Positions 27,257 to 37,932 are shown, counted from the first letter of the stretch. The stretch is DNA of 64,000 bases from Pseudomonadota bacterium (GCA_021325135.1 JAJPHT010000045.1:68456-132455), one strand, 5' to 3'. Numbers and translations: made by a program. The notes: generated by a model from the sequence alone, not told the origin.

Positions 27257-28427
27257 GGTCGTACTCGGTGGCGCCCAGCGCGTAGAGGATGCCCTTGAGG
27301 TTCTCGCGGCTGAGGCTGCCCGAGGCGGCGCGCTTGAGGATCTCCTTGGCGTTGAAGGCGATGCCGAGGCCCGCGTTGCGGATCATGATCTGGTCGTTGG
27401 CGCCGTCGCCCACGGCCACGACCTCGTCGCGCTTGAGCCCCTCGCGCGCGGCCAGCTCCTCCAGGATCTCCCCTTTCCTGTGCATGTCGATGACGTCGCC
27501 TTCGACCTCGCCGGTGACGACGCCGTCGCGGATGACGAGCCGGTTGGCGAACGTGTAGTCGAACCCCAGCTCGCGCTTGAGGCGGTCGGTGAAGAAGGTG
27601 AAGCCGCCGCTGATGAGGGCGAGGCGGAAGCCCATCTCCTTGAGCGCGCGCACGAGGTCCTCCGCGCCGGGGGTGAGGCGCAGGCTGCCGGCGACTGCCT
27701 CCAGGTCCTGCACGGTGAGCCCCTTGAGCATCTTCACGCGCTCGCGCAGCGCCTCGCGGAAGTCCATCTCGCCGCGCATGGCGCGCTCGGTGATGGACGC
27801 GACGTGGGCCTCGACGCCGGCCGCGCGCGCAAGCTCGTTGATGACCTCGCCGTCGACGATGGTGCTGTCCATGTCGAAGACCACGAGGCGCTTGGTCGTT
27901 CGGAACATGCTGTGCGGCTGGATGACGGCGTCCACGCCCACGCGCTCGCAGGTGCGGCGGATGGCGTGGCGCAGCTGCTCGAAGTCGGCGCCGCGCACGT
28001 CGATCCACATCTCGAAGGCCATGAGGTCGCCCTGCGCGACGTGGTGCATGCGCTCGATGTTGGCCCGCGCGTCGGCGATGGTGCGCGTGATGGCCGCCAT
28101 GACGCCCGGCTTGTCGCTGCCCACGATGGTGACGACGCGCACGTCCTTGCTGCGCATCGCGGCCTCGCGCTCGACGACCTCGGCCTTCACGTCCACGCCC
28201 ACGTCGCGCCCGCGCAGGGAAAGCTCGTAGGCGAAGCGGTAGAGGTCGAGCCCCGGGGGCAGGTCGGCGGGCTCGATGAGCATGACCATGGAGAAGAGGC
28301 CGTAGATGGAGGACTGCTCGACGTGGACGATGTTGCCGCCCAGGTCGGTGACGGCGCCCGACACGTCCGCCACGAGGCCCGGCCTGTCGCGGCCCAGGGC
28401 GGTGAGGGCGATGATGCGGTCCGTCAC
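27246..28427 (-). CDS. serB: Phosphoserine phosphatase with two ACT domains
   Basis: GRDRPGL and GSDKPGV ACT motifs; FDMDSTIV; SGGF; GDGAND. Confidence 0.95.
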   Translation of the reverse strand: MTDRIIALTALGRDRPGLVADVSGAVTDLGGNIVHVEQSSIYGLFSMVMLIEPADLPPGLDLYRFAYELSLRGRDVGVDVKAEVVEREAAMRSKDVRVVTIVGSDKPGVMAAITRTIADARANIERMHHVAQGDLMAFEMWIDVRGADFEQLRHAIRRTCERVGVDAVIQPHSMFRTTKRLVVFDMDSTIVDGEVINELARAAGVEAHVASITERAMRGEMDFREALRERVKMLKGLTVQDLEAVAGSLRLTPGAEDLVRALKEMGFRLALISGGFTFFTDRLKRELGFDYTFANRLVIRDGVVTGEVEGDVIDMHRKGEILEELAAREGLKRDEVVAVGDGANDQIMIRNAGLGIAFNAKEILKRAASGSLSRENLKGILYALGATEYDLKR

Positions 28428-28539
28428 GACCTGCGACCGGCCGCGCCCCCATTTGCCGGTTTCGCTCCCTCGCCATCGCCCGCCGTGACCAGCCGCGGCC
28501 CCGCCCCGTCCTCAAGGCAAGGCGCGCGGAGAGGGGGGC

Positions 28540-29466
28540 ATGCTCGCCGGCACCCTCTCCCGCGCCTTCCCCCTCTCTTCCCTCTCCGACGGCCTCGCCG
28601 ACCTCGTCGCGCAGGCGAGCCCCGCCGTGGTGCAGCTTCGCGCGTGGCGCGAGGCGCGCTCCGGGCCGCCCACGGGGAGCGGCAGCGGCTTCCTCGTGAG
28701 CGCGCGGGGCCGCCTCCTCACCAACCACCACGTCACCGAGGGCGCGCGCCGCCTGGAGGCCGTGCTGCCTTCGGGCGAGACGCGGGAGGCGACGCTCCTG
28801 GGGCGCGACCCGCACACGGACCTCGCCGTGCTGGAGATCGAGAAGCCCGACGCGGACCCGCTCCTCCTGGCGCCGCCGGGCGATCTGCGCGTGGGCGAGA
28901 TGGTCCTCGCCATGGGCTCTCCCTTCGGCCTTGCCGGGAGCGTGAGCCTCGGCATCGTCTCGGGGCTGGGGCGCAGCCTCCGCTCGGGGTCGGGCCGCCT
29001 CATCGAGAACGTGATCCAGACCGACGCGCCGCTCAATCCTGGCAACTCGGGCGGGCCGCTGGTGGACATGCGCGGGCGCGCCGTGGGCGTGAACACCGCC
29101 CTCTTCCTCCCCGCGCAGGGCATCGGCCTCGCCATCCCCGCGAGCACGGCGCAGCTCGTCCTGGACGAGATCCTCCAGTTCGGCCGCGTGCGCCGCGCGT
29201 GGCTGGGCGTCGTGGGGCAGACGCTCGCGCCGCCGGGCCGCAAGGGGGGCATCCTCATCCACCGCGTGGAGCCCGGCTCGCCCGCCGAGGCCGCGGGGCT
29301 GGAGCCCGAGGACGTGCTCGTGGGCCTGGAGGGCAAGGAGGTGGACGGCCTCGACGCGCTGCTGCGCGCGCTTCCGCGCGAGGCCATCGGCCGCGAGGTG
29401 GAGCTTGGCGTGCTGCGCGGCCGCAGGCGCCTCGCGCTGCGGGCGCGGCTCGCCGAGGCGCCTTAA
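28540..29466 (+). CDS. HtrA/DegP-like serine protease with PDZ domain
   Basis: GSGSGF, TNHHV, TDLAV, IQTDAPLNPGNSGGPL, GSPAEAAGL. Confidence 0.92.
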   Translation: MLAGTLSRAFPLSSLSDGLADLVAQASPAVVQLRAWREARSGPPTGSGSGFLVSARGRLLTNHHVTEGARRLEAVLPSGETREATLLGRDPHTDLAVLEIEKPDADPLLLAPPGDLRVGEMVLAMGSPFGLAGSVSLGIVSGLGRSLRSGSGRLIENVIQTDAPLNPGNSGGPLVDMRGRAVGVNTALFLPAQGIGLAIPASTAQLVLDEILQFGRVRRAWLGVVGQTLAPPGRKGGILIHRVEPGSPAEAAGLEPEDVLVGLEGKEVDGLDALLRALPREAIGREVELGVLRGRRRLALRARLAEAP

Positions 29467-29469
29467 GCG

Positions 29470-29590
29470 GAGGGTTCGGGGGCGCAGCTCCCTGACGTTT
29501 TCACTTGGTGCTATTACGATTACGTCAGGGGGCTTCGCCCCCCGAACCCCCCTCGGGTGCGCGCGCTGCGGCGCGCGCGACGGCTTGCTT
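29470..29590. repeat. Repeat family B, inverted doublet with 23-nt spacer
   Basis: GGGTTCGGGGGCGCAGCTCCCTGACGT-spacer-ACGTCAGGGGGCTTCGCCCCCCGAACCC. Confidence 0.85.
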
Positions 29591-29989
29591 CTAGGGCCCG
29601 ATGCTGGACGGGATGCACTTGGTGATGTCGTTGATCTCCACCGAGGGCGGCACGGTCCCGATGTAGATGCACGGGTCGGAGGCCAAGGTCTGCGCGACGA
29701 CGCCCTCCTGCGGGTCGGCCGCGCTCGCGACCTCGTAGGCCGCGTAGCCCGCGGGCACCTGCGCCTGCGCGGCGGTGGGCGGAAGCGAGGCGAGGGGCGT
29801 CGCCGCGCCGTCGTGCAGCCCGTAGACGACGTAGCCGTCCACGTTCCCGGGCGCGGGGACCCACGCGACGAGCACCGAGGTGGCGGACGCCTGCACGGCG
29901 ACGGCCGCGATGGGCTGCGAGCCGTCGAGCGGCCCGGCGGAGGCCAAGGGGAGGAGGAGCAGCAGGGGAAGGGCGATGGGGAGACGCAT
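29591..29989 (-). CDS. Small secreted protein, FN3-like
   Basis: Signal peptide ending LASA; SVLVAW..GNVDGYVVY..YEV; C-terminal Cys pair. Confidence 0.7.
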   Translation of the reverse strand: MRLPIALPLLLLLPLASAGPLDGSQPIAAVAVQASATSVLVAWVPAPGNVDGYVVYGLHDGAATPLASLPPTAAQAQVPAGYAAYEVASAADPQEGVVAQTLASDPCIYIGTVPPSVEINDITKCIPSSIGP

Positions 29990-30291
29990 GTCGGTCGACC
30001 GGGCCCCTCATGGACCTCAGCGCCATAATGCTATCGCAGGCGGCACTCGGGGCGCGGCCTTCGCTCCCGATCGTGGAGGATTGTTAGCGAAGCGCGGGCG
30101 GCGACCTTCTCGGACCCTTGCAGGTCCGGGCGAAAATTCCCAGGCGGGCGCGGGCGGGAGGTTGCGCCTTCCGTGGAGGATTCTGGTGAAGTCCACCCCC
30201 GTTTTCCCTCGCCTCCGCGCCCAGATCAACGAGCGACGGCATAACGTCATACGGGGCAAGCGCGTTAGCGCGCCCCAGGTCAGGATTGGAG

Positions 30292-31806
30292 ATGAAGCTG
30301 GGCACGTTTGTTATTGGCATCCTGGCGGCGGTCGCGCTGGCGGCGCCGTCGGCGGCCGCGGCCGAGCCCGCATCGGGCACGCTCACGGTGGAAGGACCCG
30401 TCGCGCTGGGCGACGGCGCCCGCGTGGAGGCGGCGCCCCTCGCCGTGCTGCTTGACGATGCCGCGGGGCTCGCTACGCTGGAGATCCGCGCGGCCGCCGC
30501 CCGCGTCTGCTTTTACACTGCGTACGTCGTCGAGGGCTCCGGCGTCGCCGCGCAGTGGCCGCAGCTCCAGGGCGGCTGCGAGGAGCGCACCAGCGTCGTG
30601 CTCACGGCGGGCCGCGACGCCTCCGCCTCGGGCTGGCTGGGCGCGTACCCGGGCCCCGGCTCGCGCGTCGACGCCGCGTGGAGCCGCGCCACTGCCGAGT
30701 CGCGTCCCCCCTCCACCCTGCGCAGCCCGGGCCAGGCGACGGGCAGCGTCGCCTCGGACCCGGGCGCGACGTTCCCCTTCTACGACGCGCGCATCGACCG
30801 CCCCTTCGTGCAGGTCGACGGCGTGGGCGCGCTGCGGCTCGCGGGCCCTGGCGCGGTAAAGTTCCTGGGGCCCGCGGTCCACCTCTCCTCCTCCCAGGGG
30901 AGCGCGGACTACGCGACGGGCGAGCGCTCCAGCGACGGGGCGATCCAGTCGCGCGCCCGCTCGTGGCTCTACGTCTCCTTCGACGACGCGACGCTGGACC
31001 TCAGCAGCGTGGCGCCCGTCGCCCTCGCCACCGCCGAAGCCCATGCGAGGGCCGGCGACGTGCAGGTGCGCGCGCTGGGCGGCTCGCTGCGCGCGGGCCC
31101 CGCCACCTACCGGCCCGCGGCGGGCGAGGCCGACGTGCTGCGCGGCGACCTCTCCGCGACGCTCTCCCCGGACAGCGGCGGCTCGGCGTCGCGCATGGAC
31201 GTCGAGGGGCAGCTGGCGTTCACCACGTTCGTCCGCGAGCGCGCGGGGCCGCTCCCCTTCGCGGGCCCCTCCGGCGCGGCGCCCCTGGGTCTCGTCGCCG
31301 TGGGCGCGGTCGTCGCGGGCGGCGGCGCCGTCGCGTGGGCCCGCAGGCGCCGCCGCGGCGTGCGCGTGAGCCTGAGCGCGGCCGCCTGCCTGGAAGAGGC
31401 GCGCAACGCGGAGTTGGCCCGCGACCCCGAGCGCGCGCTCGCCTGGGCGCGCCGCGCCGCCCAGGCCGAGCCCGAGGACGGCGCGATCCTCCTTGAGCTG
31501 GCGTGGCACCTGGACCACGCGGGCCAAGCCGCCGAGGCGCTCGCCGCTCACGCCGCCGCGCTCCGCCTCGCGGCCCCGCACGACGGGCGCGCCCACCTGG
31601 AGATGGCGTTCTTCCTCGCGAAGCGCATGCTCGACGTCGAGGGCGCCGAGGCCGAGATCGTGGAGGCGCTGCGCCGCGACCCCGCGCTCCTGGCCCAGGT
31701 CTTCATGGAGGAGGAGGTCCTCGCCGCGCTCTCGGGCCGCAGCGCCTTCGAGCGCGCGGTGCGGCGCGCCGAAGCCCACGACGACGCCAGCGCCGCGCTC
31801 AGCTGA
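30292..31806 (+). CDS. Secreted beta-rich ectodomain + TM + cytoplasmic TPR-like protein
   Basis: Signal peptide; TM LGLVAVGAVVAGGGAVAW followed by RRRRR; TPR-like helices (ALAWARRAAQAEPED, EALAAHAAALRLAAP). Confidence 0.7.
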   Translation: MKLGTFVIGILAAVALAAPSAAAAEPASGTLTVEGPVALGDGARVEAAPLAVLLDDAAGLATLEIRAAAARVCFYTAYVVEGSGVAAQWPQLQGGCEERTSVVLTAGRDASASGWLGAYPGPGSRVDAAWSRATAESRPPSTLRSPGQATGSVASDPGATFPFYDARIDRPFVQVDGVGALRLAGPGAVKFLGPAVHLSSSQGSADYATGERSSDGAIQSRARSWLYVSFDDATLDLSSVAPVALATAEAHARAGDVQVRALGGSLRAGPATYRPAAGEADVLRGDLSATLSPDSGGSASRMDVEGQLAFTTFVRERAGPLPFAGPSGAAPLGLVAVGAVVAGGGAVAWARRRRRGVRVSLSAAACLEEARNAELARDPERALAWARRAAQAEPEDGAILLELAWHLDHAGQAAEALAAHAAALRLAAPHDGRAHLEMAFFLAKRMLDVEGAEAEIVEALRRDPALLAQVFMEEEVLAALSGRSAFERAVRRAEAHDDASAALS

Positions 31807-32122
31807 TCCTATCGCGGCGCGTCGAGAGCCCTTCCGCCATCGCGTCCTCCACCGCCAGCAGGCTCTCCGCGACGCGGCGGCCCCACGGCGTCAGCCGGAT
31901 GGTGGCCGCCTGCACCGCGCCCTGCCCCGTGTACGTCGTGCGGATGAGGCCCAACTCTTCGAGGCGCGTCTGCACCTGCTTCGCCGTGTAGGGCGAGGCC
32001 TGCGTCGCGGCGTGGAACTGCCGCACGTTGAACGGCTCGTCGACCGCCATGCGGATGAGCACGCTGGCCTCGGGCGACTCCAGGGCATCCAACGCGGCGG
32101 CGAGACGGCGCGGTCGCATCAT
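31799..32122 (-). CDS. Winged-helix DNA-binding protein
   Basis: RLEELGLIR...IRLTPWGRRVAE wing motif. Confidence 0.7.
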   Translation of the reverse strand: MMRPRRLAAALDALESPEASVLIRMAVDEPFNVRQFHAATQASPYTAKQVQTRLEELGLIRTTYTGQGAVQAATIRLTPWGRRVAESLLAVEDAMAEGLSTRRDRIS

Positions 32123-32628
32123 GATGCGAAGTGCGACCGGCAAGAAAAAGGCATCGCCAACACGACCCGCATTCAGGGTGTGGATCAACGGATCGAAAAT
32201 CGACTGCGTATCTTTTATGCTTGAAGAACGCCCCTCGGGGGTTCGCGCGGGGTCGCGTGTGCCGGCGCGAGCGGGGAAAGCGACCGCTGCACCCACCCCG
32301 CGCCCCCCGGGGCCGCCACGGTCGAAGTCTTGGGCCCCGGGGTTTTCTTATTGAGAAGAAGCGCCGCCGCGGAGAGGATCAAACTGTGGGAGGCTGTCGT
32401 TGGTTGGGAGGCGTCTGCGCGGCGGCGGGGCAAGGGCGATGGCGTCCGGACGCGCCGGGGCGATGGCCCTTGACGGCGGAAAGGGCCCCCGGAGGCGCTT
32501 GAGCGTCACGCGCCCACCCCGGGGAGTGCGGCCCTGCAGCGACGCCCCTGCGCCCCTGTTATGCCCGAGGCGCCCCTTCCGGAGTTCCGACACTCTTTTC
32601 AACGATCCCACGCGCACACCATTCTCCG

Positions 32629-32895
32629 ATGGCCGACGCGAGCCCCCCACCGCCCGTCATCGACGAGCTGCTCCAGGCCCATCGCGCCGTGGACGAGGCC
32701 AGCGCCGCCTGCGACCGCGCCTTCCGCATCAGCCTCGAAGCCCCCCGCGGCGAGAGCCGTGCCGCCCGCCGCGCCCTGGACGAGGCCGAGCACGAGCTGG
32801 AGATCGCCCTGCGCCGCCTCACCGACGCCCGCAACGCCCTCGACACCCTCCACCATCCCACCGCCGAGGACGAGAAATCCTGGGGCGCCCACTGA
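32629..32895 (+). CDS. Small helical/coiled-coil hypothetical protein
   Basis: 88 aa; genome-typical codons. Confidence 0.6.
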   Translation: MADASPPPPVIDELLQAHRAVDEASAACDRAFRISLEAPRGESRAARRALDEAEHELEIALRRLTDARNALDTLHHPTAEDEKSWGAH

Positions 32896-33054
32896 GTCCT
32901 CCCCCGCGGTGACACGCACCGCTTATTCTCTGCCCCCGGGACTTGGCCACCCGGAAGCCCGCCCCGCAATAGGTCCTCGACCTGTTCCATCCCACGACCC
33001 ATCGGTTCCCCCAACCTGTTTCGTCCCGCGGGGCGGGCTTTCTTTTCCTTTCAT

Positions 33055-33269
33055 GCACTCCGTCGCACGCGCTTTCGCGCGTGCGGACTTCGTGGCAGAG
33101 GGGGTGGCTTCCCCCTCTGCACTCCCCCCGCCGGGGGGCTCCGCCCCCACGGACCCCCCGCCAGGGGGCTCACGCCCCCTGGGAACCCCCACCACGAAAC
33201 GGGGGCTCCCTTGCTGGGGCTCGCAAAATAGGGGGCTCCCTCGCTGGAGGTCCCAGACGAGTGAGGGGC
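33055..33269. repeat. Repeat family A, long copy
   Basis: Near-identical to 49329-49545 over about 150 nt, then more diverged up to ACGAGTGAGGGGC. Confidence 0.9.
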
Positions 33270-33447
33270 GCTTGGTGGAGTTCTCGACAGGGAGCATCGC
33301 CCTGATGGACGACCGATCGTGACGGGCCCTTTCTGGTGGGTCGCGATGGGGGAGCGCCGCGGGGCGCGGGGGGCGTCCGCCACGAGGGAGGGGGAGCGCC
33401 TTGTGGGGGCGGAAAACCCCATGAACCCCTCTCCCGTTCGCGGCGAC

Positions 33448-35337
33448 ATGGCCATCCACAAGGTCGCGGTGCTGGGCGCGGGGAACATGGGCTCGGGCAT
33501 CGCGCAGGCGTTCGCCCAGGCGGGCTTCGACGTGCACGTGCGCGACGTGAAGCCCGAGCTGGTCCAGAAGGGGCGCGAGCGCATCGAGGGGCCGCTGCGC
33601 AAGCGCGTCGAGCAGGGCAAGACCTCCGCCGCCGAGGTGGACGGCATCATGGCGCGCCTCCACGGCACGACCGACGTCCACGAGGCCGTCAAGGACGCGG
33701 ACCTTGTCATCGAGGCCGTCTTCGAGGACCTCAAGGTCAAGAAGGAGGTCTTCGCCGAGGCGTCGAAGCATGCCAAGGCCGGCGCGATCTTCGCCACCAA
33801 CACCTCCTCGCTCTCTGTCACCGACCTGGCCGCCGCCACGGACCGCCCCCGCCAGGTCGCGGGCCTGCACTTCTTCTTCCCCGCCGCCGTCAACAAGCTC
33901 GTCGAGGTCGTCGCGGGCCGCGAGACGGACCCCCGCGTCGTGGACGACCTCGTGAAGGTCAGCCGCGCCATCGGCAAGGTGCCCATCCCCACCGCGGACG
34001 CCTACGGCTTCGCCGTCAACCGCTTCTTCGTCCCCTGGGTCAACGAGGCCGTGCGCCTCCTGGAGGAGGGCGTGGCCGACGTCGCCACCATCGACGCCGC
34101 CGCCAAGGAGGCCTTCGGCATCGGCATGGGCCCCTTCGAGCTGATGAACGTCACCGGCGTCCCCATCTCCCTCCACGCCGAGCGCACGCTGCACGCGGGC
34201 TTCGGCGCCGCCTACGAGCCCGCCCGCCGGCTCGTCCACCAGGTGGAGGTCGAGAAGAAGGACTGGACCCTGGGCGGCGCGCCCGACCCCGCGCGGTTCG
34301 AGGCCGTGAAGGACCGCCTCCTGGGCGTCACCTTCGGCATCGCGGCGCGCCTCGTGGAGGAGGGCGTCGCCACCGCGGTCGACGTCGACAAGGGCGCCAC
34401 CGTGGGCCTGCGCTGGGCCAAGGGCCCCTTCGCCATGATGAACGCCATGGGCACGAAGAAGGCCCTCGCCCTCGTGGAGAAGGTCCACGCGCGCTGGGGC
34501 GCCTCCTTCCCCGTGAGCCAGGAGCTTCGCCGCCTCGGCGCCGCCAACGCCCCGTGGGACCTCCCCCTCGTGCGCCTGGAGAAGGAGGGCCACGTCGCGG
34601 TGCTCACCATCGACCGCCCCGAGGCGTTGAACGCCCTCAACCCCAAGGTGCTCCACGACCTCCAGAAGCAGGTCCAGGCCGCGGCCGCGGACCCCGAGGT
34701 GCGCGTCCTCGTGGTGACCGGCGAGGGGCAGAAGGCGTTCATCGCGGGCGCCGACATCAAGGAGATGGCCACCAAGAGCGTCGCCGACGCGCGCCGCTTC
34801 ACCGAGCTTGGCCAGCGCGCCATCCGCGAGCTGGAGCTTTGCGGCAAGCCCGTCGTCGCGGCCGTCAACGGCTTCGCCTTTGGCGGCGGCCTGGAGCTTG
34901 CCCTGGCCTGTGATATCATCCTCGCCAGCGACAAGGCGCTCTTCGCGCTCCCCGAGGTCACGCTGGGCATCCACCCGGGCTTTGGCGGCACGCAGCGTCT
35001 CCCGCGCCTCGTGGGCCCGCAGAAGGCCAAGGAATTGATCTTCACCGCGCGCCGCTTCGACGCGGCGGAGGCCAAGGCCCTCGGGCTCGTCCTGGACGTC
35101 GTCCCAGCGGCGGACCTCATGAAGCGCGCCATGGCCCTCGCCAACGCCATCGCCAAGAACGCACCCATCGCCGTGGGCCTCGCCAAGGCCAGCGTCAACC
35201 GCGGCCTCGACGTGGACCTCAACACGGGCCTCGCCTACGAGCTGGAGGCCGTGAGCCAGTGCTTCGCCACCGAGGACCAGAAGGGCTCCATGGACGCCTT
35301 CGTGAAGAAGACGACGTGGGAGATGAAGGGGAAGTAG
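33448..35337 (+). CDS. 3-hydroxyacyl-CoA dehydrogenase / enoyl-CoA hydratase fusion (archaeal domain order)
   Basis: GAGNMGSGIA, EAVFED, ATNTSS, GLHFF; then ALNALN, FIAGADI, GGGLELA, PEVTLG, GGTQRL. Confidence 0.93.
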   Translation: MAIHKVAVLGAGNMGSGIAQAFAQAGFDVHVRDVKPELVQKGRERIEGPLRKRVEQGKTSAAEVDGIMARLHGTTDVHEAVKDADLVIEAVFEDLKVKKEVFAEASKHAKAGAIFATNTSSLSVTDLAAATDRPRQVAGLHFFFPAAVNKLVEVVAGRETDPRVVDDLVKVSRAIGKVPIPTADAYGFAVNRFFVPWVNEAVRLLEEGVADVATIDAAAKEAFGIGMGPFELMNVTGVPISLHAERTLHAGFGAAYEPARRLVHQVEVEKKDWTLGGAPDPARFEAVKDRLLGVTFGIAARLVEEGVATAVDVDKGATVGLRWAKGPFAMMNAMGTKKALALVEKVHARWGASFPVSQELRRLGAANAPWDLPLVRLEKEGHVAVLTIDRPEALNALNPKVLHDLQKQVQAAAADPEVRVLVVTGEGQKAFIAGADIKEMATKSVADARRFTELGQRAIRELELCGKPVVAAVNGFAFGGGLELALACDIILASDKALFALPEVTLGIHPGFGGTQRLPRLVGPQKAKELIFTARRFDAAEAKALGLVLDVVPAADLMKRAMALANAIAKNAPIAVGLAKASVNRGLDVDLNTGLAYELEAVSQCFATEDQKGSMDAFVKKTTWEMKGK

Positions 35338-35338
35338 G

Positions 35339-35797
35339 TCAGAGGTCCGCGTCGAGGCGCTCCGCGAGATAGCCCTCGACGTCCCCTCCGCCCGCGAGCA
35401 CGCGCTTCACCCACGCCTCGCGCTCGTGCCACTGCACCGCGAGGTCCCACACGCACACGCTGGGGTTGTTGCCCGGCGCGGGCGTCAGCGCCGTGGGCGC
35501 GTCCCCCGGGGCGGTCCACACGTGGTGGTGCAGCTCGTTCTCGTCCGCCCACCAGTCGAGGAACGCGAACACCGCGCCGCGCCCGTCGTGCACGCCCAGG
35601 AAGCCCACGCCGTAGTTGCCCGCGCCCGGAGCGGGGAGACTCTTGCGCGCGGCCTCCTTGGCGGCGGCCACCGCCTCGGGGCGCGCCAGCGGCCGGCCCT
35701 GCGCGATGCTGTAGACCTTGAGCCGCCAGCCGTCGGGCTCCCAGAGGCCCAGGAAGCGGACGGGGCGCAGCGAGTGGGGCCCGCGCAGCGGGATCAT
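35339..35797 (-). CDS. Conserved hypothetical protein
   Basis: WRLKVYSI, GVGFLGVHDG, DWWADENELHH, CVWDL motifs. Confidence 0.7.
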   Translation of the reverse strand: MIPLRGPHSLRPVRFLGLWEPDGWRLKVYSIAQGRPLARPEAVAAAKEAARKSLPAPGAGNYGVGFLGVHDGRGAVFAFLDWWADENELHHHVWTAPGDAPTALTPAPGNNPSVCVWDLAVQWHEREAWVKRVLAGGGDVEGYLAERLDADL

Positions 35798-35849
35798 GCG
35801 TCCGCAGAGACGCTCCGCGGCTTGAGCCTGCCCGAAGGGCGCCGTCCTG

Positions 35850-36962
35850 ATGCACGGGCGCGCCCTTCCCCCGGGCGTGGCCGCCAGCCTCACCCTCCTG
35901 CGGGTCCGCGGCATCCCCGTCCGGCTGCACGTCACGCTCCTCCTCGCGCTGCCCCTCTTCGCGTACCTCATGGCGGCCGCGTACTTCACGCCCGCGGGCG
36001 CCGCGCCCGACGCGCAGGCGTGGGCCTGGGGCGCGCTCCTCGCGGTGGGCCTCTTCGCCAGCGTCCTCCTCCACGAGCTGGCCCACAGCCTGGCCGCGCT
36101 GCGCTTCGGCGTCGCCGTCCGTGATATCACGCTGCTGCCCGTGGGCGGCGTGTCCGCGTTCCGCCGCATGCCCCGCGAGCCCGCGGCCGAGCTCTGGATC
36201 ACCTTCGTGGGGCCGCTCACGAACCTCGTCCTCGCCGCGCCGCTCCTCGCCGCGTGGGCGCTGGGCCTCGTCCCCGACGCGGGGTGGTCGCGCTTCGTGG
36301 AGTGGCTGGGCTGGACGAACCTCTCCCTGGGCCTGTTCAACCTCCTGCTGCCCGCGTTCCCCATGGACGGCGGCCGCCTCGTGCGCGCGCTGCTCGCGCG
36401 TCGCATGGGCCTCGCGCGCGCGACGCACGTCGCCGCCGGCATCGGCCGCGGCGTGGCGCTCCTCCTGGGCCTGGGCGCGCTCCTCCTGGGCAACCTCCTC
36501 CTCGTGCTCGTGGCGATCTTCGTCTTCTCGGGCGCCAGCGCCGAGGAGCATGCGACCGTGCTCGTGGAGGCGCTGGCCGCCTATCGCGCGGGCGACCTCG
36601 CGGCCCGGATCGAGCCGCTGGAGCCCGACGCCGCCGCGCGGGACGCCATCGCCCGCATGCGCGCCGAGCGGCGCCTCGCGCTGCCGGTGGCCCGCGACGG
36701 GAGGCCCGTTGGCTTCGCGCGCCTGGAGGCGCTCGCGCACGCGCCGCCCGGCTCGCCCGTGGAGGCGCACGTCGCGGCCGCGCCCGTGGTGCCCGCCGAC
36801 CTCCCCGCGTCGCAGGCCGCCGAGACGATCTCGCAGGAGCGCTCCCCCGCGCTCGTCGTCGACGCCCAGGGGCGGCTCGCGGGCGTGCTCACGGGGGAGG
36901 ACCTGGAGCGCGCGGCCGCCATCGAGGAGATCCTCAGCCCACCCACAGCCCCGCGTACATGA
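35850..36962 (+). CDS. Site-2 (M50) metalloprotease with CBS domains
   Basis: HELAH, GPLTN, FNLLLPAFPMDGG; CBS pair. Confidence 0.92.
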   Translation: MHGRALPPGVAASLTLLRVRGIPVRLHVTLLLALPLFAYLMAAAYFTPAGAAPDAQAWAWGALLAVGLFASVLLHELAHSLAALRFGVAVRDITLLPVGGVSAFRRMPREPAAELWITFVGPLTNLVLAAPLLAAWALGLVPDAGWSRFVEWLGWTNLSLGLFNLLLPAFPMDGGRLVRALLARRMGLARATHVAAGIGRGVALLLGLGALLLGNLLLVLVAIFVFSGASAEEHATVLVEALAAYRAGDLAARIEPLEPDAAARDAIARMRAERRLALPVARDGRPVGFARLEALAHAPPGSPVEAHVAAAPVVPADLPASQAAETISQERSPALVVDAQGRLAGVLTGEDLERAAAIEEILSPPTAPRT

Positions 36963-37932
36963 GCGCGAAGACCGCGTTCACGGCGGCGAAGGTGAGCGAG
37001 CAGAGGATGACGCCCTGGATCATGGCGGGCGCGTCGCGCGCCTTGCCGATGAACGCGTGGTACTCCCACACGAGGAGCGGCGCGAAGACGAGGAGGATGG
37101 GCAGCATGCGGCGCGGGATGACGAGGTCCGCCGCGCTCAGCGCGAGGGCGCCCACGTTGGACGCGACCCAGCACGCGAAGCCCACCGCGTAGGCGCGCTT
37201 GCGTCCCAGCCGGGTTGCGAACGTCGCGTAGCCCGCCGCGAGGTCGGGCTCCAGGTCCACGATGGTCGTGGGCACGTACACGGCCGCCGCCACGAGGAGC
37301 CCCTGCGGCAGGAACGCCCACGGCGCGGCGGAGAGGGGCGCAGCCAACGACCACCCCGCCAGCGCGGCCAGCGCGCCCACGCCCACCGCGTTCACCAGCA
37401 CGTCCGCGCCGGGGCGCGTCTTGAGGCGGGCGGGCGGCGCGCTGTAGAGCCACGCCAGGACGAGGCAAGCGAGGAGGAGAAGGCCGAACGCCGCGCCCGC
37501 CAGGAGGCCCGCCCCCAGCGCGAGCGCGGCCGCGACGTAGGCCGCCGCGTGCGCCCAGCCGCGGGAGACGACGCCCTGCACGAGGGGGCTCGACGCCTTG
37601 CGCGGGTTCACGCGGTCGCTCTCCAGGTCGTGCACGTCGTTGATGAGCAGCGTCGCCAGCCAGACGAGGGGTCCCATGGCGAGGGCTGCGAGAAGCCAGC
37701 CGCGCGCGTCGCCCCACCACGCGGCCAGCGTCGCGAGGAAGTCCGCGCTGGTGGCGCCGCGCGCCGCGGCAAGCTCCCAGAACGAGGCCCAGCGGCCGAA
37801 GCCGGGCGCCAGCTCGTGGGACGCAAGGAGCCAGCCCACCTGCATGGGGACTAGCGTGACGAGCCACACCTCCGGGCGCGAGAGGCGCCAGAGGTAGAGC
37901 AGGAGCCTCGCGCGCTCGCCCTTCGCCTCCAC
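36934..37932 (-). CDS. UbiA-family prenyltransferase
   Basis: LSRP, INDVHDLESDRVNPRK, YSAPPARLK, DLEPD. Confidence 0.88.
   Translation of the reverse strand: MEAKGERARLLLYLWRLSRPEVWLVTLVPMQVGWLLASHELAPGFGRWASFWELAAARGATSADFLATLAAWWGDARGWLLAALAMGPLVWLATLLINDVHDLESDRVNPRKASSPLVQGVVSRGWAHAAAYVAAALALGAGLLAGAAFGLLLLACLVLAWLYSAPPARLKTRPGADVLVNAVGVGALAALAGWSLAAPLSAAPWAFLPQGLLVAAAVYVPTTIVDLEPDLAAGYATFATRLGRKRAYAVGFACWVASNVGALALSAADLVIPRRMLPILLVFAPLLVWEYHAFIGKARDAPAMIQGVILCSLTFAAVNAVFALMYAGLWVG

Noticed and set aside
29470-29590. CRISPR mini-array (also 41341-41453)
   Set aside because: Arms are inverted rather than direct repeats, there is one spacer per site, and no cas genes are present.
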